Below, in pieces: positions 9,127-13,703 of a stretch of DNA of 13,703 nucleotides; positions within the stretch are counted from its first letter, which is position 1, and each line of letters opens with the position of its first letter. The DNA is from a bacterium (GTDB lineage Bacteria > Desulfobacterota > DSWW01), in contig JBFLZG010000045.1 of NCBI GenBank assembly GCA_040756235.1, forward strand, positions 1 through 13,703. Reading direction: 5' to 3'. The position numbers were made by a program, and so were the translations under genes. Below the pieces are notes generated by a model that saw only the letters and a program-made list of their open reading frames with translations, was not told the origin of the DNA and made no database searches.

Positions 9127-9324
9127 ATGAGCGAGACCATCCAGATCACGTTCAACCCGGACGGGACAACAGAAGTCAAGACGACCGGCTTCCGGGGAAA
9201 ATCCTGCATGAATGCGACCGAGCTCCTGAAGAGAGCACTTGGGAGCGTCCTCAAGACCAGGAAGACCCCGGAGTACTTTCAGGGCACGGCGGAGCAAACT
9301 TCGAAAGCGCACGGAGGCAAGTGA
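9127..9324 (+). CDS. DUF2997 family protein, 65 aa
   Basis: SD AGGAG 9113-9117. Motif I.I..DGT.EV.T.GF.GKSC..AT..L..ALG.V......PEYF matches my recollection of DUF2997. Confidence 0.82.
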   Translation: MSETIQITFNPDGTTEVKTTGFRGKSCMNATELLKRALGSVLKTRKTPEYFQGTAEQTSKAHGGK

Positions 9325-9350
9325 CCAGAATCGTAAGCGGGAGCCTGCCC

Positions 9351-9512
9351 ATGGAGACCATCGAGATCGAGCTCACTGCCGACGCCGTCTGGGCGGAGTG
9401 GTGGACCCCGGAGATCGCCCCTGTGCTCTGCGCGCTCTGCGGCAGGTGCCCGGGCTGGGAGAGCGACGAAAAGCCCCCTGAGTGCGTGAACGGAAACCCG
9501 TGGTGCGGATGA
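9351..9512 (+). CDS. Small Cys/Trp-rich hypothetical protein (53 aa; alternative GTG start at 9321)
   Basis: GGGAG 9339-9343 precedes ATG 9351. The alternative GTG overlaps the DUF2997 stop (GTGA). GC3-rich codons like its neighbours. Cys pattern C-x2-C-x2-C-x11-C-x6-C. Confidence 0.6.
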   Translation: METIEIELTADAVWAEWWTPEIAPVLCALCGRCPGWESDEKPPECVNGNPWCG

Positions 9513-9565
9513 CTGGCAGTTTCGCCTCTAACACACAAGCACGGCTTCCATCTCGTGCCGTCCAC

Positions 9566-9593
9566 TTGACCGGGCGAGACTCTTCGCGATACT
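9566..9593 (+). promoter_or_regulatory. Putative sigma70 promoter of TA module 1
   Basis: TTGACC (9566-9571), 16-nt spacer, GATACT (9588-9593), upstream of the antitoxin. Confidence 0.45.
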
Positions 9594-9720
9594 TCTTGTA
9601 ATGCGTGATCCTTCAGGGAGCATCGACAAGAAGGAGAGAAATCACGGGAGGAATGCTCCTCAAGGATGAAGCCGCGCAGTGGCTGCAGGAAACCATTGCG
9701 AAAATAGCCGAGGAGGCAAT

Positions 9721-9927
9721 ATGGATTTCTTGACCGATAGCGAAAAGCTCAAGGAGATTTTCAAGCAGGCCATTATCGAGACCATGGAAGAGAAGCGGGA
9801 CCTCGTCCATGACCTGCTCGTCGAAGCCATGGCAGACCTGGCCATGATCCGTGCCATCCAGGAGGGCGAGGAATCGGCTCCGGCAAGCCGGAAGGAGATC
9901 TTCAATATCCTGGACGGCAAGGCATGA
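9721..9927 (+). CDS. Putative type II antitoxin, 68 aa
   Basis: SD AGGAGG 9711-9716. Small, acidic, helical protein with C-terminal DLAMIRAIQEGEESAPASRKEIF. ATGA overlap with the downstream RelE-like gene. Confidence 0.75.
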   Translation: MDFLTDSEKLKEIFKQAIIETMEEKRDLVHDLLVEAMADLAMIRAIQEGEESAPASRKEIFNILDGKA

Positions 9928-10193
9928 AGACTGCGTTCAGGAAAAGCTTCGGCAAGGACCTGAACAAACATCGCAAAGACGGGGACCTACTTTCCCGCAT
10001 TCGTGAAATCATTCTGGAAGTCGAAGCCGCCGAAACTCTCTCCTCCATTAAGAACATCAAGCGGCTCAAAGCCGAGGGTCCCTATTACCGCATCAGGGTG
10101 GGAAGCTATCGCCTGGGTCTGACTCTCGAAGGTGAGACCGTTGTCTTTGTCAGACTCCTGCACAGAAGAGAAGTCTACCGCTATTTCCCGTGA
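9924..10193 (+). CDS. RelE/ParE-family type II toxin (RelE-like mRNA interferase), 89 aa
   Basis: Basic protein with F.KSF.KDL, IKRLK, YYRIRVGSYRLG and C-terminal HRREVYRYFP, the RelE signature. Confidence 0.9.
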   Translation: MKTAFRKSFGKDLNKHRKDGDLLSRIREIILEVEAAETLSSIKNIKRLKAEGPYYRIRVGSYRLGLTLEGETVVFVRLLHRREVYRYFP

Positions 10194-10244
10194 ATCTGTG
10201 GCTTCCCTGGATTCTCTCCTTCCACCTGGTTGCCCTTCTCTTTT

Positions 10245-10275
10245 TTCCAACCTGCATACCTTGAAAGTCCCGGCA
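10245..10275 (+). repeat. Leader motif copy 2 (TTCCAACCTGCATACCTTGAAAGTCCCGGCA)
   Basis: Similar to 6895-6923. Contains the imperfect dyad TTCCAA-N10-TTGAAA. Confidence 0.65.
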
Positions 10276-10286
10276 GGGTTTCCCAA

Positions 10287-10356
10287 GGAACTTCTTTCCT
10301 TCCGTACCGGCAACACACCAGCCTGATCTCACGACCGCCTTACGGAAAGAGGTTCC
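10287..10356. repeat. Long imperfect inverted repeat in leader 2
   Basis: GGAACTTCTTTCC[TTCC]GTA (10287-10306) pairs with TACGGAAAGAGGTTCC (10341-10356): 16 pairs including one G-U, plus a 4-nt bulge. Confidence 0.7.
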
Positions 10357-10372
10357 AGACCGCCCACGCTGA

Positions 10373-10414
10373 GCGCTGCTCCGCCTCATGACCGATGGGG
10401 AGGCGGAGCAGCGC
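10373..10414. repeat. Perfect 15-bp inverted repeat (hairpin), 12-nt loop
   Basis: GCGCTGCTCCGCCTC (10373-10387) pairs with GAGGCGGAGCAGCGC (10400-10414). No poly-U tail. Confidence 0.9.
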
Positions 10415-10457
10415 AGACCCGCTATACAAGGACACACCCCTTAAGGAGGAAAGAGGG

Positions 10458-11375
10458 ATGGAGAACGGAAGCATCTATCGCGACGGCGTGGTCCTGATCC
10501 TGGAGACGAGCTGCTGGGGCGCACGGAAGAAGCTCCCGCAGGACAGAATCAACGTCTCGGCGGACCCGAAGTTCGTCTCCGGCACCAAGCGTCTGGTCGA
10601 TCATGAGAAGTATCTCAAGCCCATCCGACGGAACCAGCAGCAGGCTTTTGAGCGGATCCGGGACCGGTGGGCCGTACCGGGCTTTCCGCTTACGGGAGCG
10701 AGCTTCATCCCCAAGGCCAATATCGAGACCGTGGATTCGATTCTCCAGGAACACCTCCGCGCTCATGAGGAGCTGGTGCGTGAGTTCCTGCCCCTCTACC
10801 CCCGGATGAAGGAAGAGGCGAGGGCCGAGCTCGCCCCGGACGGACTCTACGACGAGGAGGAGTACCCCAAGGACGTGCTCTCCAGGTTCAGCTTCACCTG
10901 GAAGTACGTGATCCTCGAGGCTCCGGACGCGGGCGCCAACGTCATGACCGCGCCCATGCTCGAGCGGGAGAAGGAAAAGATCGGGCTCATGATCGAGGAG
11001 TTCAGAGCGAACGCCGTCGCGATCCTCAGGAAGGAGTTCGCGCAAACCGTGGCGGGCCTTGCCGAGTGTTTGAAGAGCGGCAACAAGCGCCGGATCAGAC
11101 AGGAGTCCCTGGAGAGCTTGAACGACTGGATGGAGCGCTTCGAGCGGGTGAACATCAACAACGACCGGGAGCTCGCCGGGATCGTGGAAACCATGCGCTC
11201 CCTCGTTGCGGGGACGGACGCCAAGGAACTCCGGAGCAACGACCTCTTCAGGAGGACGATCTCCAACCAGATGGCCGAGATTTCAGTGACGCTCGCGAGC
11301 CTCGCCGAAGAAGCCCCCAAAAGACGTATTGTCCCCGTCAACCCCGACTGCATGAACGCCTCGCAGGCAGGATAG
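10458..11375 (+). CDS. DUF3150-like protein of mobile elements, 305 aa
   Basis: SD AAGGAGG 10443-10449 before ATG 10458. Pattern L..SCWGARKKL...VSGTKRLVD...LKPI...GASFIP...EF...YP...YP...SRFSF followed by a helical C-terminal half resembles DUF3150 as I recall it. Confidence 0.65.
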   Translation: MENGSIYRDGVVLILETSCWGARKKLPQDRINVSADPKFVSGTKRLVDHEKYLKPIRRNQQQAFERIRDRWAVPGFPLTGASFIPKANIETVDSILQEHLRAHEELVREFLPLYPRMKEEARAELAPDGLYDEEEYPKDVLSRFSFTWKYVILEAPDAGANVMTAPMLEREKEKIGLMIEEFRANAVAILRKEFAQTVAGLAECLKSGNKRRIRQESLESLNDWMERFERVNINNDRELAGIVETMRSLVAGTDAKELRSNDLFRRTISNQMAEISVTLASLAEEAPKRRIVPVNPDCMNASQAG

Positions 11376-11465
11376 CTTCCGCGCCTGGCCCCTCCCCTGC
11401 CCTGTTTCTTCTCCCTCGTCCCCTTCACTTACCAGATACTCGCTTCCCACGAAGGAGAGAAAGAG

Positions 11466-12266
11466 ATGATCGACCACATCAGTCCCTCCATGCTCGGGAC
11501 CTGGCTCCGTTGCGGGGAGCAGTTCCGGCGCCGCTACATCGAGGGTGAGCGGATTCCGCCGGGAGTCTCGGCCCGCCGAGGAAGCGCGGTCCACAAGGCG
11601 GCCGAGCTCAACTACAGCCACAAGAAGCTCACGGGAGAGGACATGCCGCTTGCCGACCTCAACGACGCCTGCCGGGACGAGTACGTGCGCCTCATCCGGG
11701 ACGAAGGAGTGTACTTTCCCCCGGAGCTGCTTCCCGATAAAGCCGCGCTCCTCAACCGCTCGCTCGACGAGGCCTTGAAGGCAACCGCACTCTTCAGGAG
11801 CGAGATCGCGCCCCGGGTCACGCCGGTGGAGACCGAGCTTCCGGTGGAAGAGGACTTGGGCTTCGGTCTTCCGGTCGTAGGCATCCTCGATCTGGTCGAG
11901 TCCGAAGGGCGCCTGAGCGATCTCAAGGTCATGGACAGAAAGAGCCAGGACTGGGCCGACCGCGAGCTCCAGCCCACCTTCTACTGCGCGCTATGGCACG
12001 CAAGAACCGGCCAGTGGCCGACCGGGTTCCGCTTCGACCTCATCGTCCCGAACAAGACCCCCGTCCACCTGGAGCTCGAGACGCGGCGGACTGGGAAGGA
12101 CCTGGAAATTCTCGCCCGCTACGTCCGAAACTTCCTGAAGGATCTCGAGGCGGGGGTCTTCAGGCCCGCGGACCCGAGCCACTGGGTCTGCCGACCACTT
12201 TACTGCGGCTACTACATGACCTGCCCGTACACCTCGGGCGGAAACGGACACACCGCAAAGCACTAA
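11466..12266 (+). CDS. PD-(D/E)XK (RecB/AddB/Cas4-like) exonuclease with four Cys, 266 aa
   Basis: SD AAGGAG 11452-11457. ISPS......C16, GSAVH, GILD142, D152-L-K154, QPTFY (QxxxY), and C-terminal C242/C247/C253. Confidence 0.88.
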   Translation: MIDHISPSMLGTWLRCGEQFRRRYIEGERIPPGVSARRGSAVHKAAELNYSHKKLTGEDMPLADLNDACRDEYVRLIRDEGVYFPPELLPDKAALLNRSLDEALKATALFRSEIAPRVTPVETELPVEEDLGFGLPVVGILDLVESEGRLSDLKVMDRKSQDWADRELQPTFYCALWHARTGQWPTGFRFDLIVPNKTPVHLELETRRTGKDLEILARYVRNFLKDLEAGVFRPADPSHWVCRPLYCGYYMTCPYTSGGNGHTAKH

Positions 12267-12294
12267 CTCTTAGCCACAAGGGAGGTGAAAGAAC

Positions 12295-13329
12295 ATGGCA
12301 AGAAAAACCGTAAATGCCCAAGAGCACCCTCTCGCGCTCATCGATCCTGCGATCCTGGATCAGATCCGGGTCTTTTCCGGCCTCCCGGAGGACAGGACCC
12401 CGCCCGCATCGGCAACGATCTTGCCGGAAGCACCCCACGAGGGGCTCCTTCGGACCCAGACCCGCTACACCACGGCGATCGCGGTGCAGAAGCCGCGCGC
12501 CATTTCGCGGGTCGTCTCCAAGGTGCTCGAGGAAGCCCGGCTCGCCGGCGAAGGCTTCTACTACTACTGGGAGGTGGAGGATCGCCAGAAGGGCCGCAAG
12601 GTCCCGGTCGAGGGCCCGTCGATCGACCTCGCCATGAGCCTCGCCAGGAACTACGAGAACTGCGCGGTGGACGTGGATGTGACCGAGACCCCCACCCACT
12701 ACAACTTCAAGGGGATCTTCATCGATCTCCAGACCGGGTTCACCTACACGCGGCTCTTCCGGCAGAGAAAGAATCAGAAGCTCTCCTCCCGGATGGACGC
12801 CGAGCGCCAGGAAGACATCGTCTTCCAGATCGGCCAGTCCAAGACCCAGAGAAACGCCATCACGCGCGCCATGCCGGGCTGGCTCGTGGAGAAGGCGATC
12901 GAGACCGCCAAGCAGGCCGTGCTCTCCGGGATCAGTCCGGAGACCATTCACCTGGCACGCATCAAGGTCATCGATTTCTTCTCGAAGTACGGGGTCACCC
13001 AGGCCCAGATCGAGGCCGAACGCGGCCGTCCCATCGACCGATGGACCCCCAGAGACATCGTGGATCTTCGCGGCATGGCCACAGCCCTCAAGGAAGGCAG
13101 GGTCTCAGCGGCGGAGATCTTCCCGGCTGTGCACCTGAGCCCCGCGGGCGGCCCGCCCGAAACTAATGACACGACCTCCGAGGGAGCTTCCAGCCCGACT
13201 TCCCCTTCGGGAGAAGAGGCTCTCCAGGAACCAACCAAACCCTGCCCGAACTGGGAGGGGAAGCCCAAGCCGGTCGCCTACTGCAACACGGAGTGCCCCG
13301 ATAGGCAAGGATGCCCGGCATGGGATTGA
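12295..13329 (+). CDS. Phage-type hypothetical protein, putative single-strand annealing protein (Rad52/Red-beta-like), 344 aa
   Basis: SD GGAGGTG 12281-12287. Motifs QKPR...FYY...VEGPSIDLAMSLARNYEN...IDLQTG...IGQSKTQRNAI..AMP.WLVE resemble a phage family often found beside recombination exonucleases. It sits directly after the exonuclease and has a low-complexity tail ending in four Cys. The CDS is secure; the function is inferred. Confidence 0.6.
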   Translation: MARKTVNAQEHPLALIDPAILDQIRVFSGLPEDRTPPASATILPEAPHEGLLRTQTRYTTAIAVQKPRAISRVVSKVLEEARLAGEGFYYYWEVEDRQKGRKVPVEGPSIDLAMSLARNYENCAVDVDVTETPTHYNFKGIFIDLQTGFTYTRLFRQRKNQKLSSRMDAERQEDIVFQIGQSKTQRNAITRAMPGWLVEKAIETAKQAVLSGISPETIHLARIKVIDFFSKYGVTQAQIEAERGRPIDRWTPRDIVDLRGMATALKEGRVSAAEIFPAVHLSPAGGPPETNDTTSEGASSPTSPSGEEALQEPTKPCPNWEGKPKPVAYCNTECPDRQGCPAWD

Positions 13330-13338
13330 GGGGATAGA

Positions 13339-13368
13339 GGGGGGCGAGCGCTACCGAGCGCGCCTCCC
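13339..13368 (+). terminator. GC-rich hairpin just after the annealase-like gene (possible terminator or mRNA stabiliser)
   Basis: GGGGGGC[GA]GCGCT-ACCG-AGCGC-GCCTCCC, 12 pairs including one G-U. Lacks a U-tract. Confidence 0.35.
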
Positions 13369-13425
13369 AGGCATTCGACGGGGCTGCTTCGCCTGCGTCT
13401 CAGTCTCGAGGAAGGTCCACCGACC

Positions 13426-13475
13426 CACCTTTTGCACAATTGCTCACTGGATGTATCATGATCCATGAAAAGGTG
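13426..13475 (+). promoter_or_regulatory. Putative promoter/operator of TA module 2
   Basis: TTGCAC (13432-13437), 16 nt, TATCAT (13454-13459). Bracketed by CACCTTTT/AAAAGGTG (13426-13433 / 13468-13475) with inner TGGAT/ATCCA (13448-13452 / 13461-13465). Confidence 0.5.
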
Positions 13476-13526
13476 AGGTTGAATTCGCCGAGAGACGTAC
13501 CTGATTTGCCAGAAAGGGCAGTAGCA

Positions 13527-13703
13527 ATGTTCGACCGGATCACATTCGACCCGCAGATAATGGGAGGGCGAGCCTCCGTCCGCGGAATGCGCATCCCGGT
13601 TTCAGTCATCGTCGGTCAGATTGCCCACGGCGCCACTTTCGACGAGATTCTTGAAGGGTATCCGGACCTGGAGCGGGAGGACATTCAACAGGCGATTGAA
13701 TAC
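13527..13703 (+). CDS. DUF433-family putative antitoxin, 3'-truncated
   Basis: Absent from the ORF track; translated by hand as MFDRITFDPQIMGGRASVRGMRIPVSVIVGQIAHGATFDEILEGYPDLEREDIQQAIEY, a typical DUF433 signature. GAAAGGG lies upstream. Confidence 0.9.
   Translation, partial: MFDRITFDPQIMGGRASVRGMRIPVSVIVGQIAHGATFDEILEGYPDLEREDIQQAIEY

Larger units (their letters stand above)
6800..13703 (+). mobile_element. Probable prophage/ICE-derived accessory region (boundaries not defined)
   Basis: Abrupt change from metabolic genes to AAA/DUF1257/DUF2997/DUF3150, an exonuclease-annealase pair and two TA loci. No integrase or att site is visible in the window. Confidence 0.6.

Noticed and set aside
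9653..9733. 26-aa ORF MLLKDEAAQWLQETIAKIAEEAIWIS overlapping the antitoxin start
   Set aside because: Very short, SD too close to the ATG, and no recognisable family.
11466..12266. cas4 / CRISPR-Cas locus
   Set aside because: No cas1, cas2 or repeat-spacer array in the window; the context fits a recombination exonuclease.
12285..13166. 293-aa alternative-frame ORF, and similar long shadow ORFs (4214-5044, 5711-6538, 7332-8108, 12160-12951)
   Set aside because: They overlap well-supported genes and have compositions typical of off-frame or antisense reads in high-GC DNA.

Overview
GC-rich bacterial window with all credible genes on the + strand. Left part (1-6766) looks like host chromosome: a 5'-truncated RND membrane-fusion protein gene, a 1480-aa AcrB-type RND permease fused in frame to a TolC-like outer-membrane factor through an internal signal-peptide-like linker, and a stand-alone ADP-forming acyl-CoA synthetase alpha subunit. 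Right part (~6800-13703) looks like a prophage/ICE-type accessory region made of two parallel units. Unit 1: structured leader, Ycf46-like AAA+ ATPase, DUF1257 (Ycf35-like), DUF2997, small Cys-rich ORF, then an antitoxin/RelE pair. Unit 2: a related structured leader, DUF3150-like protein, 4-Cys PD-(D/E)XK exonuclease, putative phage annealase, then a DUF433 antitoxin cut by the window end. The two leaders share a ~30-nt motif followed ~130 nt later by a perfect 15-bp hairpin. The two units also share short protein motifs. Family assignments come from motif recognition by eye, not database searches. No tRNA, integrase, att site or CRISPR array was seen.
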